A model generated the notes under the pieces. It saw only the letters and a list, made by a program, of their open reading frames with translations. It searched no databases and had not been told where the DNA came from. From Paraspadella gotoi (lineage: Eukaryota; Animalia; Chaetognatha): a DNA stretch of 64,000 nucleotides. The stretch lies in NCBI GenBank assembly GCA_051294375.1, contig CM119265.1:403305-467304 (forward strand). Reading direction: 5' to 3'. Numbering within the stretch: position 1 is the first letter of the stretch; every line of letters begins with the position of its first letter. Of this stretch, positions 1-11,559 are shown piece by piece. The position numbers and the translations under genes were made by a program.

Positions 1-806
1 GCCTTCTAATTGGGAGTTGAAATCCGTGAGAAGCTTGACGGGGTATTTGTCATCGATTGTTTGCGCGTTGAGGCGACGGTAATCGCCACAACAACGCCAA
101 CCTCCGTCCGGCTTCCCTACAACGTGGAGTGGCGACGACCATTCCGATTTACCCCGTTTAGCAATGCCGAGGGAGACCATTTTCTCCAGCTCCCTTTTCG
201 CGACGGCAAGCTTTTCCGGGTCTAAACGGCGTGCTCTCGATTGGCAGGGCCTGCCCTCCGTTGGGATCGAATGCGTTACTCCATGGCGCGGCTCTTTTAA
301 TTCGAAAGTGGGCGTGGAGAGAGACGGAAACGAGTCGAGTAATTTGTAAAATTTCTCCCCCTGCCTGTCGACGAAGTTGACATGGGAAGTAGTCTCTGCT
401 GCTGATGATGCTGCGATCGTCGAATAATCTTTGAGATCCAGTAACAGCCCGTCTCTATGGTTTGGCGCCAAATAATTCTCGGCTAGAAAGTCCGCGCCCA
501 AAATATGCTGCTTCACATCTGCAATGACGAATTCATATTGAAATTGGCGGTTTCCGAGTTGCACTACTCTTTTCGTTGTCCCATAGCAGCCGATTGGCGA
601 GCCGTTGGCCGCTTGAAGGCGAATCTTCGGGTCAGGGCCGCCTTGTCGCTGTGCTGCCGTTGGCGGAACGATCGAAAGAAGGGCTCCCCCATCCACGAGC
701 CACTTCGTGCGGTCTTTGGCGTCGCGGATGTATAGGAGGTCACTCGACGCTGGTGATTGATTCATCTCCTGGGGGACGGCGTTCACCGACGTCGTCCCCC
801 TTTGGA
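1..806 (-). CDS. pol: Pol polyprotein N-terminal part (aspartic protease and start of RT), -1 frame to gag, truncated by window edge
   Basis: Manual translation gives KWLVDGGAL (protease) and ...[20 protein letters not shown]...[36 protein letters not shown] (RT). Confidence 0.88.
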
Positions 807-813
807 GTTTCCC
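771..813 (-). promoter_or_regulatory. -1 ribosomal frameshift signal (G GGA AAC plus downstream GC-rich hairpin)
   Basis: Minus strand GAG GGA AAC, 6-nt spacer, then GGGGGACG...CGTCCCCC stem enclosing the gag stop; same arrangement in E2, E4 and E6. Confidence 0.8.
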
Positions 814-1850
814 TCCTTCTTACGCTGAGTGTCGTTGTACCTGGAGCATCCTGGCTCACAGGACCACGCTTCCTCTCCAAACTTAACGTGTTTGTGGCAA
901 AGCGTCGTCAACTTGGATTTGGTCTTGCCTTTGTGGATCTGGTTGTGCTTCTTTTTGTTGTTGAAGGCCTTCTTGACGTTGGCGCCGACAGCATTGACGG
1001 CGTCGTCGTCCTCTGAATCAGATTCGAGTCGCTCTACGTTGCTGATGAACGTCGTCGATTGGCGAATTTTCACATTGCCTTCATTATCGAAATGCCTGTC
1101 TGCTATTTCGCACAACTCCTTTGCCGACAGGTCGTCCGCTTTCTCCTCGAGTTGACGTCTTATTTCGAGTGGGAGTTCCCTGAGGACCTTCTCTTTCCGG
1201 ACGTCGTCGATTGTCAAAGTTTTTGTCCTCTCTTCGAGCTGAGCTAATAATTTAGACGGTTTTAATCCGTCGGCGTCGAGAGGATCGAGGAGGTTGACGG
1301 CCTGTTGGCGTCGCGTGAGGCCGTACTCCTTGCGGAGATATCCTAAGAAAGCTGACCATGTTGCCTCCGTTGCCTCGCCGTATAGAAACTGGTTAATGCG
1401 AGGATCTACCTTGACGCCAATCTTGGACTCAAGATGAGCAAACTTCGTTTTTGGAGCAGTGATGCCGGCGCGTGTATATGCCGCTTCCACGCGTTTTATC
1501 CAGATTTCGATATTATCCTTGTCGAAATCCGGAAGCTCCGGCTTTCGACTGGATGCCCTTTCGAGGGCGCGCGTGGCGGCGGCTAAAGCGGCGCGAAGTT
1601 CGTCGTTTTCGTCCTGGAGGTCGCGTTGGCTGTTTCCCTCTGACGCCATGTCGGCGTCGACGAAGTTTTCGGCGTTGATTTCTCTGAAGTTGAACGAAGG
1701 AGTAGCGTCAGCGAAGACGGGGGAGGTAGAGCGTGACCTAGCGCCGCGTCCAAAGCCTATAGGGACCTGTAGGCTCGATGCAGCGTTGCCTTGACCTTCA
1801 GCGTTGCGCTGGGCTGATCGTAGGCGGGATCGGACGTCTGAGTCGCTCAT
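783..1850 (-). CDS. gag: Gag protein (355 aa) with CHCC zinc knuckle
   Basis: Intact ORF; KPELPDFD..NIEIWIKRVEA domain; C-terminal CHKHVKFGEEAWSCEPGC fits Cx2Hx9Cx3C, typical of CsRn1-clade Gag. Confidence 0.92.
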   Translation of the reverse strand: MSDSDVRSRLRSAQRNAEGQGNAASSLQVPIGFGRGARSRSTSPVFADATPSFNFREINAENFVDADMASEGNSQRDLQDENDELRAALAAATRALERASSRKPELPDFDKDNIEIWIKRVEAAYTRAGITAPKTKFAHLESKIGVKVDPRINQFLYGEATEATWSAFLGYLRKEYGLTRRQQAVNLLDPLDADGLKPSKLLAQLEERTKTLTIDDVRKEKVLRELPLEIRRQLEEKADDLSAKELCEIADRHFDNEGNVKIRQSTTFISNVERLESDSEDDDAVNAVGANVKKAFNNKKKHNQIHKGKTKSKLTTLCHKHVKFGEEAWSCEPGCSRYNDTQRKKEGNSKGGRRR

Positions 1851-2042
1851 GAGTCGATTCGAAATGCTCGTCGACTAGTGGTGCCGTTTTTTGACTCCGT
1901 GTGGCGGTCGAAAATGCAAGGAAATAATAGGGGTGTGAGCAATTGGATGATTGGCTTAATAACCCCGATTTCCTCACCCAATCTTACCTCAGGGGAGATT
2001 GATTCGCGTTAGACCGCCTGTAGAAGGTTGGTTGCGTTTTAA

Positions 2043-2055
2043 GTCGAGTTCACCA
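2043..2055 (-). promoter_or_regulatory. Primer-binding site, tRNA-Trp-like variant (TGGTGAACTCGAC)
   Basis: TGG begins 2 nt after the LTR CA end on the minus strand; similar to the canonical TGGTGACCCCGAC of E6. Confidence 0.75.
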
Positions 2056-2057
2056 AG

Positions 2058-2755
2058 TGTGGTGAGGCATATGAGTTGAACCACAGCGCGACGACGTTGC
2101 CTTACACACCTTGTGACATATGTGCTGAGCATCATGACGATCTTAGTCTTTTAGCGTTAGACGTTAGATGGCGCAGGGAAAAGTAGGTCACATGATTTGT
2201 AGATTATATTGAAACGTTTATAATTAATATTTGAAGCGAGATTAAATATGAGATTAATATTAAACGTTTGTTTATTAAGATTCGTTGTGAGATTATTAAT
2301 TCGAATGAAGAATAATTAATTGAAGATTAATTTATTTTATTGGATTAATAATTTCACTTGTTGTAAAATCGAGTTCTCATCATTTAATGTACTCAATACA
2401 TTTCGGGATAGATTTAAAACAATGTTTTTTAATGTTGTTTTAACATTATATTAACGAGATCAAAAACAAGAGTAAAATGAATCAGACTTCAATCATTGAA
2501 GTAAACAGTTAATAAAACAAAAGCAGTTGAAATGGCGGTAAGACATCTCTAGTTGAGTTCTATTAATCTAGGAAAAACAAAAGGCTTCGTTCTTGGTTTA
2601 AAGCTTTAAAACAGGTTTTAATCTGGCGATAAAACATGGCCTCTTGGTTGGCTGAGAGGTTAAACTCGAAGCGTCCCAAGCCTGAGTTCGAGGTTCGAAT
2701 CCCGGCTGCTGGATGAATTATTTTCTCACCAGATAATTCGCTCAAGTTGGCCGCA
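2058..2755 (-). repeat. 5' LTR of E1 (family A, ~700 bp)
   Basis: TGTGG...CCGCA termini on +; bounded by the PBS and by ACCCT telomeric repeat; blocks of similarity to the family C LTR (e.g. AAAACAAAAGGCTTCGT, TCGAAGCGTCCCA). Confidence 0.82.
2638..2712 (+). ncRNA. tRNA-like Pol III type-2 promoter module inside the family A LTR
   Basis: A-box TGGCTGAGAGG 2649-2659, B-box GGTTCGAATCC 2692-2702 (43-nt spacing), TTTT at ~2721; cloverleaf incomplete. Confidence 0.7.
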
Positions 2756-2785
2756 ACCCTACTAACCCTTAACCCTAACCCTAAC

Positions 2786-2822
<37 letters not shown>

Positions 2823-2949
2823 CCCTAACCCTAAACCCTATACCCTAACCCTAACCCTTAACCCTAACCTACCCCTAACCCTAACCCTAACCCTAACCCT
2901 AACCCTAACCCTTACACCAACTGCTAACCCTAACCCTTACCCTTAACCC
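2756..2949 (+). repeat. Telomeric (CCCTAA)n spacer
   Basis: Direct reading. Confidence 0.98.
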
Positions 2950-3333
2950 TGTGGCATAAGGCGCTAAGTGGGCGAAGATGACTATCCGTTAACTCTCTAT
3001 TACCTCCCTCTAGCAGACCATGGAACGAGTCCTGGGCTCTTGCGATACAGGCTTGAGGGTTCGCCAACGCCCCCAAGGCCGGCTTACCCGGCCGTCCTCA
3101 CTCTTCCCGCAAGGTCAGCTACCGGCGCTTGTGCATTTGAACCCGGCTGAAACCGGGCCTCCTGGTCCCAACGGTGTTTAGCGACCGTCCCTCCCATTTT
3201 TGACCTGAATTGTGGTCCATGAGCCCGAATCGGCGTCTGTAGCTCAAAATGAGCCACCGGGGTCCACATACTTGAAAAGCAGTTCTATGCTTTATAGGCT
3301 GGGGGTTTGAACCATTGCAATGCCCCGACTACA
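2950..3333 (-). repeat. TRIM 3' LTR
   Basis: Aligns by eye with 3468-3797 apart from an ~60-bp extra segment near 3150-3210; adjacent to the PPT. Confidence 0.8.
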
Positions 3334-3467
3334 TGCCCCCCCAGATTGTCAACCCACCCTGCACTGCTTTCCAGCTGGAGGGAGGGGAGCAATTCGTTCG
3401 CGCACGTCATGGGCCTGATTCAGAAGGTGGGAATACGCATCGACAGGATGCACGGTCTCTCACCAGC

Positions 3468-3797
3468 TGCTGGGAATAAGGCCGGCTAAGTGGGCGCCTT
3501 GAGTTATGACTATTTCCCGTAACTTCTTATATACCCCCTCTATGCAGCACAATGGAACGGCGTTCCTGGGCTTTTGCGAACCAGCGCTGAGGGCTTTCGC
3601 CACGCCCCCAAGGCGGCCTGTACGGCCGTCCTCACCTCTTTCCCGCAGGTAGGTACCGGCGTTGATTGAACCCACCGTAGCCTTAGTGGTCATGAGCTGA
3701 TGCGCTGTTTACTCAATGAGCCACTCGGGTCACACTGAAAGAGGTCATGCTTATACGGCGCGGCACCCTGTGACACCTAGGCAATGCTCGGACTACA
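3468..3797 (-). repeat. TRIM 5' LTR with sense-oriented tRNA-like A/B boxes
   Basis: Minus strand TGGCTCATTGAG (3723-3712) and GGGTTCAATC (3673-3664); adjacent to the PBS. Confidence 0.8.
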
Positions 3798-4212
3798 CCA
3801 CTAACCCTAACCCTACTTACACCGCTAACACCATAACCCTAACCCTAACCCTACTAACCCGTACCCTAACCCTAACCCTCAACCCTAACCCTAACCTAAC
3901 CTACCCTAACCCTAACCCTAACCCTAACCCTTAACACCCTAACCCTACCCTAAACCCTAAACCCTTAGACAAACCACCTAACCCTAAACCCTAACCCGTA
4001 ACCCGACCCTAACCTAACCTACCCTAACCCTAACCCTAACCCTAACCCTGACTAACTCAACCTAACACCTAACCCTACCCTAACCCTAACCCTAACACCT
4101 TAAACCTAACCTAACCCTTAACCCTAACCCTACCTAAACCCTTAACTAACACCTAACCCTAACCCTAAACCCTAACCCTATACCCTACCCACACCTGACT
4201 AACCCTAACCCC
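3798..4212 (+). repeat. Telomeric (CCCTAA)n spacer
   Basis: Direct reading, with many indel errors. Confidence 0.97.
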
Positions 4213-5068
4213 TGTTGGCGCGGCGTGCATATAGTGGAGCCCCAGACTTGACGAAGCACCGCTACGCCGTTAAGTGTAGTGTCACTAGACTCTTACAGAC
4301 ATTCCAAGCCAGATAATTAATGAATGATTAGCTTGGGCCGCAGGGAATCTTTGTGCGCTATTCTGAATGTATATCAGTTTTATTCGCTAGACGGCAGCAG
4401 TAGCAATCAGATGGTCCGTCGTTTAGTCTCTTTCGAATTAGGCACCATTAAGGACGGTTTTAATTTAGCAGTTGAAATTAAACGGAGTTAATGTTAGTTC
4501 GAGCATTAAGAATCTTTGAGACTACTACCGGTTTTTAACACTTCTTTAATTCAGCCGCATCTGAATCATTCTTTCAGAATTAGCAGCATTCTAATTCTTT
4601 AGATTTTATTTCGATTTGATCTTTATTTTCTCATGTTTTTAATGTAGCTATTTACATTTTAGTGAGAGATTAAATATAAAACAATGAGATCAAATCATTA
4701 CGTATTCATGTATTATTTGACATGAACATTAACAAAACCGCAACCTTGCATTTCAGATCTAGAAAACACAAACTCTCAGAGCGATAACACAATCGATTGC
4801 AGCAGCAGCTGGCCGAAATGATTTGGCGTACCGCCCTCCTGACGGAGGAAACCAACTAGTTTTGTAGGAAACAAATAGATGTACATACGCGAATATCTGT
4901 TTTAAATGCTTTAGGTTCGAATTCGAATTCAATTCGATTTTCAGAAGCCAGTTTAGCGCTTGCGCTATAATCGCTGGGCTTCTCGCACTCTTCACGATAC
5001 CAGGATCGCAATCCTAGATCGGTGGCCGCATCTATTTATACAATAGTAGGTCGATCGAAGCATCTTCA
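4213..5068 (-). repeat. 3' LTR of E2 (family B)
   Basis: Direct repeat of 10688-11443, 11560-12309 and 16076-16824; ends ATCTTCA followed by TCCCCC (PPT). Confidence 0.9.
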
Positions 5069-5399
5069 TCCCCCTTGCTGATTAAATATATAATCTTTAT
5101 AATATTTACATTAAAATTTGAAAGTTAATAGAATTAAAATTGTTGTCGCTCCGGTAATGTGCTGTGATTGTGTACAAAATATATAAACCGTATTTCTTAA
5201 CATTGCGGGTAAATCGTAGTTTCATTTCGACGAATTGAAATAAAAAATTGACCTAGATTTCTAGAAATTGACGAAGGTATAAAATCTGTACAAATAAATT
5301 ATTGTAAAATACTGCTAAATTGGGTTTTCCCAAGAATACTTTAATATACAAAAACAACCAAAATATTTATTCTAATAATGGCTTAAGGGAGCTCGGCCG

Positions 5400-8300
5400 T
5401 CGAAGTCAATGCCGAGGGTGCGATGCTGTCATGGAGGCGAGATTTTCAAGCTGACTGGCTTCGACCGGTTGACCTTAAGGCGGCAAAATTATTTGGTTTC
5501 TATTTTCTACTTGGATTTTTCTTTTGCTGTCCCTGCTTGATCAACTCTTTCTGCAGGAACCTCCCAGCGGCGATGCTTAGGGGCGTTCGCGTCGCACGCT
5601 TTGTGACCGCCTTGTTCGAAAAGTTCGTTGGCAGCGTTTGGCTCTCGAGCAATACGCGCTAATAGCGTTGGTGCTTCATCTTTTTGCTCCTCTCGGCTTA
5701 GTTGTGCTTTGTCTGTTGTTCTAACTGATTGTCTCTTTTTCTCTCGCTACGTACTGAACGTTCGTTAGCGTTGGTCAATGTCCATCCGTCATGGCGAGGT
5801 GCGCTGACAGGTACAAGGAAGGGAAGGATGGGTAGCCAAAAAAAACGCGCGGGAAGGAGGGGGGTTGTTGCCGGGGAAGTGGGGGAAGGTTTTGGTGCGC
5901 CTGCCGGTCGGCGGGAAGGATGCGCAGGATGCGACGGAGGAGGAGCGAGGGAGGAGGTAATTGGAGGAGGGCACAGCTGCGCGCGTTGGATTTGCTCTAT
6001 TCGCTGCGGCCGAGGTGAGGTTCTTGACTGTCGGCGCGTGGCTGCCCTGCGTTCTGACGCCAGCTGTGCGGCGGTCTCGCCCTGGCCTTGCTCTCTGGAT
6101 GTCCTCTGCGGCGGGTGTCGACCTCCAACTCGTCGTCACTAATCCATGCCGGTTTTATTCTGGCGATGTTGACGGTTTCCCTTCCCACGTTTGGAACTTC
6201 GATTGTCATATTTAGCCCGTTTCGGCTAATAACGCGGTAAGGACCGTCATAAGGTGGCACCAAGGGGGGGTGTACGCCTGCCTTGCGTACAAACACGTAT
6301 TTTGCAGAGTCGAGATTTGCTGGTAAATGCACCGCGGGCTGTCGGTGGGCGGAAGTAGGCGTGGGCTGGAGTCTGGCGACCTCGATACGCAATTTCGCCA
6401 ATTGATTCTGACGTTGTCGATTTAGAGAGTCGTTGTCGGGTTGAATGTCGCCGAGTAAGCTTCCAGGGACGCTAAGACCTTCGCCGAAGACCAGATCCGC
6501 CGCGGAGGCGCCGATGTCCTCTTTGATTGTCGTTCTAATCGCGAGTAACGTCAATGGCAATTTCCAGTACCATTTCTCTCTCGATTCTTTTGTCAACGCC
6601 ATAATTGACTCTTTGAGCCGTCTGTGAAATCTTTCCACAAGCCCATTTGCTTGTGGATGATATGCGGTAGTTGTCTGATGTTTTATGCCCCAGTTTTTCA
6701 TTAACTGTTGCCATAATGTCGAACAAAACTGACTACCTCGATCTGTGGTTATGACGGCCGGCGTTCNNNNNNNNNNNNNNNNNNNNNNNNNNNNNNNNNN
6801 NNNNNNNNNNNNNNNNNNNNNNNNNNNNNNNNNNNNNNNNNNNNNNNNNNNNNNNNNNNNNNNNNNNNNNNNNNNNNNNNNNNNNNNNNNNNNNNNNNNN
6901 NNNNNNNNNNNNNNNNNNNNNNNNNNNNNNNNNNNNNNNNNNNNNNNNNNNNNNNNNNNNNNNNNNNNNNNNNNNNNNNNNNNNNNNNNNNNNNNNNNNN
7001 NNNNNNNNNNNNNNNNNNNNNNNNNNNNNNNNNNNNNNNNNNNNNNNNNNNNNNNNNNNNNNNNNNNNNNNNNNNNNNNNNNNNNNNNNNNNNNNNNNNN
7101 NNNNNNNNNNNNNNNNNNNNNNNNNNNNNNNNNNNNNNNNNNNNNNNGAATTATGTTAAATATCTTCTTTCGCCATGCAGCTGGGACGAATGGGCGAGCT
7201 GGACCATTAGATATATCCACTAGTAATTCTTGTTCACCCACGCGGATTTTTCTAAATGCAANNNNNNNNNNNNNNNNNNNNNNNNNNNNNNNNNNNNNNN
7301 NNNNNNNNNNNNNNNNNNNNNNNNNNNNNNNNNNNNNNTTTCGAAGTCAATTTCGAAGCTGGTCATAGACGCTATTACAGCGTTGACCTCCTCGAGGCGG
7401 TCAGGCTTGACGCTGCGCTCGAGGTGATTCTCTCGTTGCTCTTCTGATGTGGTTGTTGAGGGTGATGCTTCCTCCGTGGGTGGTTGTGTTTGCGTTATGG
7501 GTGGTGGATTATTTGGTCGTGAGAGGGCGTCGGCCACCACATTGGCCTTTCCTTTCAGATAGCGGATATCTGTGGTGAATTCCGCTATTGCCGACAACTG
7601 GTAGGACTGACGAAGAGTTTGAGGTTCCGTTTTTTTGCGGATTGCCGAGACCAAGCTCTGATGATCCGTATAAATCGTGAACGCACGACCTTCGACCCAG
7701 TGCCGGAAGTGGCGGACTGCCCTGAACGCTCCGAAGAGTTCCTTGTCGAAGGGTGGCCACATTTTTTGATTTTTGGCTAATTTTGCTGAAAAAAACGCTA
7801 GTGGTTCCCACCCTTTGGGACCTCGTTGCTCCAGAACTGCGCCTACAGCTTGATCAGATGCGTCGGTAGTGATGCAAAGCTGCGCGCCGGACCTTGGATG
7901 ATGGAGTAGTGCCGCCGAGATGAGGCCCTCCTTGATGGCCTCGAATGCTTGCTCGCACCCTGGTGTCCAATTCAACGATTTTGGCTTGCCGCTTAAGGCG
8001 TCGTACAGAGCGGCGCAGCGGTGGGCGACTCCTGGAATGAAACGCCTATAATAATTAACCATACCAAGGAAGCGTTGAAGCTCCTTGATAGTGGTTGGGC
8101 GTGTCGTCTCTCGAAGTGTCTGGACGCGTTCAGGTAGTGGTCGGACGCCGTTTTTGTCGACGAGGAATCCCAAGAACTCGAGGGACTCCTGTCCGAGTAG
8201 GCATTTTTTCGTATTTACTACGAGTCCATTTTCATCCAGAGCTTTGAAGACTCTTTCCAGATCTTCCAGGTGCTCCTCCGGAGACGATGATGCGACCAAA

Positions 8301-9385
8301 ATGTCGTCTAAGTAGACGAACGTATGGGGGATCTCACCCAAGATCTCATCCATCAAACGCTGAAAGTCTTGTCCTGCGTTTTTCAAACCGAAAGGACAAC
8401 GAGGAAAGANNNNNNNNNNNNNNNGAGTGATTACAGCCGTCTTTTTTACATCTTGAGGATTTACCGGGATTTGATGATAACCTTTGAGCAAGTCTATCTT
8501 CGAGAAGATAGTCTTGCCCTCCAGTTGCGCGTTGAAGTCCGTTAGTAACTTCACTGGGTAACGATCCTCGACGGTCTGGGCGTTGAGGCGACGGTAGTCG
8601 CCACAACNNNNNNNNNNNNNNNNNNNNNNNNNNNNNNNNNNNNNNNNNNNNNNNNNNNNNNNNNNNNNNNNNNNNNNNNNNNNNNNNNNNNNNNNNNNNN
8701 NNNNNNNNNNNNNNNNNNNNNNNNNNNNNNNNNNNNNNNNNNNNNNNNNNNNNNNNNNNNNNNNNNNNNNNNNNNNNNNNNNNNNNNNNNNNNNNNNNNN
8801 NNNNNNNNNNNNNNNNNNNNNNNNNNNNNNNNNNNNNNNNNNNNNNNNNCTTTGAGTTCGAAAGTAGGAGTGGACAATGAGGGAAACGACTCAAGCAGCT
8901 TGTAATATTTTTCCCCTTTTCTGTCTACGAAATTCACATGAGTTGGCTGCTCCTCCGCTGTCGACGCTGCTAATGGTCGAGTAAGTCCCTTTAGATCTAA
9001 GAGGAGTCGCGTCTCGATGATTTTGGCGCCTAAATAGTTTTGCTGGCCATGAAATCAGCGCCTAGGATATGTTGCTTCACTTCCGCTACGACAAACTGGT
9101 AGTCGAATTTTCGATTTCCAAGTTGAACAGGTGCTTTGGGTATACTAGTGCGCTATAGGCAGTCGGGGATGTTTGAGTTCCGTTGGCTGCTTGCAATTTC
9201 AATGAGCGGTTCTGGGCCATTTTTTCGCTGCTGGGGAGTAGGCGGAATGATAGATAGTAGGGCTCCGCCGTCAATTAGCCACTTAATTCGATTCCCGGCG
9301 TNNNNNNNNNNAAGTAGTTTGTTGGGTGCCGGTGAAGAGTTCGAGGTTAGGGGGACGGCGTTCACCTGCGTCGTACCCCCTTTCC
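5400..9385 (-). CDS. pol: Pol polyprotein of E2 (PR, RT, RNase H, IN), broken by N gaps and indel errors; 3' end approximate
   Basis: WLIDGGAL; [24 protein letters not shown]; [27 protein letters not shown]; [36 protein letters not shown]. Confidence 0.9.
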
Positions 9386-10500
9386 GTTTCCCTCCTTCTT
9401 CTTCTGTGTCTCGTCAAAACGGGAACAACCTGGCTCGCCCAGGGACAACGGGTCACTCCCAAATTTCACATGCTTTGGAGCAAAGAGTTACAACAAGCTT
9501 CGCTTTTCCTTTGTTTTTTGACGCTTGCTGGTTTCGTCGCCTGTTGTTGTTGTTGTTCGACGACTTGCGAGGGCGCTGATCGACCGCGTTGATGGCGTCG
9601 TNNNNNNNNNNGTCGGAGTCGAACTGATCTCGACGACCTTTTTCGATTGCGTTTACTAGAGAAGTCGTTTGGCGGAGCTTCAAATTGCCTTCGACGTCGT
9701 AATGATGATCGGCTAATTTGCATAATTCTTTAGCTGAGATGCTATCCGCTTTCTCCTCTAGTTGTCGTCGTATATCCGTTGGCAGCTCGCGGAGTATTTT
9801 TTCCTTACGTATGTCGTCGACGCTGACGTTGCGCGTTTTTTCCTCNNNNNNNNNNAACATCTTCGATGGTTTAGCGCTGTCGAGGTTTAAAGCGTCGAGA
9901 AGATTGGCGGCTTGCTGCCGCCTCGTGAGGCCGTATTCACTCCTCAGGTAACTGACGAATTGCTCCCAAGCTGCTTCAGACGGTTCTCCAAATAGGTATT
10001 GATTAATCCTTGGATCTACATTTATACCTATTTTAGATTCAAGATGTGCGAATTTAGTCCTTGGATTCGTGATTCCCGCGCGGACGTAAGCAGCCTCGAT
10101 TCTCTTTATCCATACTTCGATATTATTTTGATCGAAGTCCGGAAGCTCCGGTTTCCGGCTTGAAACGCGTTCCAATGCGCGCGTGGCGGCGGCGAGGGCG
10201 GCGCGGAGTTCGTCATTCTCGTCGCGTAGGACTTCTTGCCTTCGGCTGTCAGATTTGGAACTGGTGGTCGGTCCTCCAGTCGCCAGACGGCGTCGTTCTC
10301 GTTCGCGTTGCCTCGTAGTGAACGTGAAGGTCCGGCTCGGGCGTCGAAAAAACGCCGGCGAGATGGAGCGCAGAAACTGTTGCCCTCGGCCAAACCGAAT
10401 GGGACTTGGAGTCTTAATCTCTTCGTTCCGACGATCCTCTGCCGCGGCGCTCGCGTTGAGTCTTGAGCGTAGACGCGAGTTCTAAATCGTATCCGCTCAT
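9362..10500 (-). CDS. gag: Gag of E2 (frame-broken in the assembly)
   Basis: ORF 9453-10175 is homologous to E1 Gag (KPELPDFD..NIEVWIKRIEA); inferred ATG at 10500, stop at 9362; GGGAAAC slippery site 9386-9392. Confidence 0.85.
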
Positions 10501-10687
10501 CGAGGTCTTTTTCTCCGTCGAATCCGTTTAGAAGTGGGAGAAAAAGGGAAAAAAACGTGTTGAGAAGATTGGGAGACTACTCACTTAATCCCGAAATTTC
10601 CAAACCCAATCTCACCTCAGAGAAGGTATTTTCCGCTGGCGTTACTCCCCTTCGTTCGTTGGAATTGTTCTCAGTCGTTCTCACCAT

Positions 10688-11443
10688 TGTGGCGGGTTAT
10701 ATAGTTGAGCCACACTTGACGAAGGACCGCCCTAGCGTTAGTGTCACAACTCTAAGACATTAGCGCGATAAATATGGATGATAGGCTTGGCTCAGGGAAT
10801 TCTGTGGCCGCTATATAATTATATCAGGTTTATTCGTGACGGAGAGTAGATCAAGATGGCTGTCGTTAGATCTTCGAATTAGGCACATTAAAGACGGTTC
10901 TTATAGCAGTTGAAATAACGGAGTAATGAAGATTCGAGATTTAAGATCTTTGAGACTACTCGGTTTTTAACTTTTTTAATTCAGCGATCGAATTCTTTAG
11001 ATTAGCAGATTAATTCTTTAGCATTAATTCGATTGAATTGTTTTTTCTCATGTTTTAATTGTAGCTATTACATTTTGTGAGAGATAATAAAAAAACAAGA
11101 GTATCAATAGTTATTTCATGTTATATTTGTCATGAAACATAAAAACCGAACAAATGATTTCAGTTAGAAAACAATTCTCAGAGGTAAACAATGCATTGCT
11201 AGCAGAGCGGCGAAATGATTGGTAGCCCTCTGACAGGGGAAACAACTAGTTTTGTAGGAAACAAATGATCAACGAATATCTGTTTCTAAATGCCTTTTAG
11301 GTCTCGAATTCGAATCAATTGATTTCAGAAGCCAGTTTTAGCGCTGCGGCTAATCGCTGTTCTTCGATCTTCGATACCAGCGGATCGAAAATCCTCATCG
11401 GGGCGATCTATTTATTAAATAGTAGGTCGATCGAAGATCTTCA
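10688..11443 (-). repeat. 5' LTR of E2 (family B, ~755 bp)
   Basis: TGTGG...CTTCA; PBS on the left, ACCC telomeric repeat on the right. Confidence 0.9.
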
Positions 11444-11559
11444 ACCCAAACCCTAACCGCTAACCCTAACCCTAACCCTAACCCTAACCGCTAACCCGTC
11501 TACCCTGAACCCTAACCCTAAACCCTAACGCGCTAACCCTAACTCCTAACCCTAAGCCC
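11444..11559 (+). repeat. Telomeric (CCCTAA)n spacer
   Basis: Direct reading. Confidence 0.97.

Larger units (their letters stand above)
1..2755 (-). mobile_element. Ty3/gypsy (CsRn1-like) LTR retrotransposon E1, family A; 5' part only, 3' part outside the window
   Basis: 5' LTR 2058-2755, PBS, gag ORF, -1 frameshift site, then protease and RT N-terminus running off the window start. Confidence 0.93.
2950..3797 (-). mobile_element. Non-autonomous miniature LTR retroelement (TRIM), ~850 bp
   Basis: Two direct repeats (2950-3333, 3468-3797) with TG...CTACA ends; ~135-bp non-coding interior with a C7 run (PPT on -) at 3336-3342 and PBS TGGTGAGAGACC at 3454-3465; telomeric repeat on both sides. 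Confidence 0.85.
4213..11443 (-). mobile_element. Full-length Ty3/gypsy LTR retrotransposon E2, family B (~7.2 kb)
   Basis: Two LTRs, PBS 10674-10686 (TGGTGAGAACGAC), PPT ~5069-5076, gag-PR-RT-RH-IN order, telomeric repeat on both flanks. Confidence 0.95.

Noticed and set aside
2050-2066. Tf1-type self-priming suggested by the TCACCA-CACT-TGGTGA hairpin
   Set aside because: The complement lies at the U5 end rather than the RNA 5' end and is not seen in the other families.
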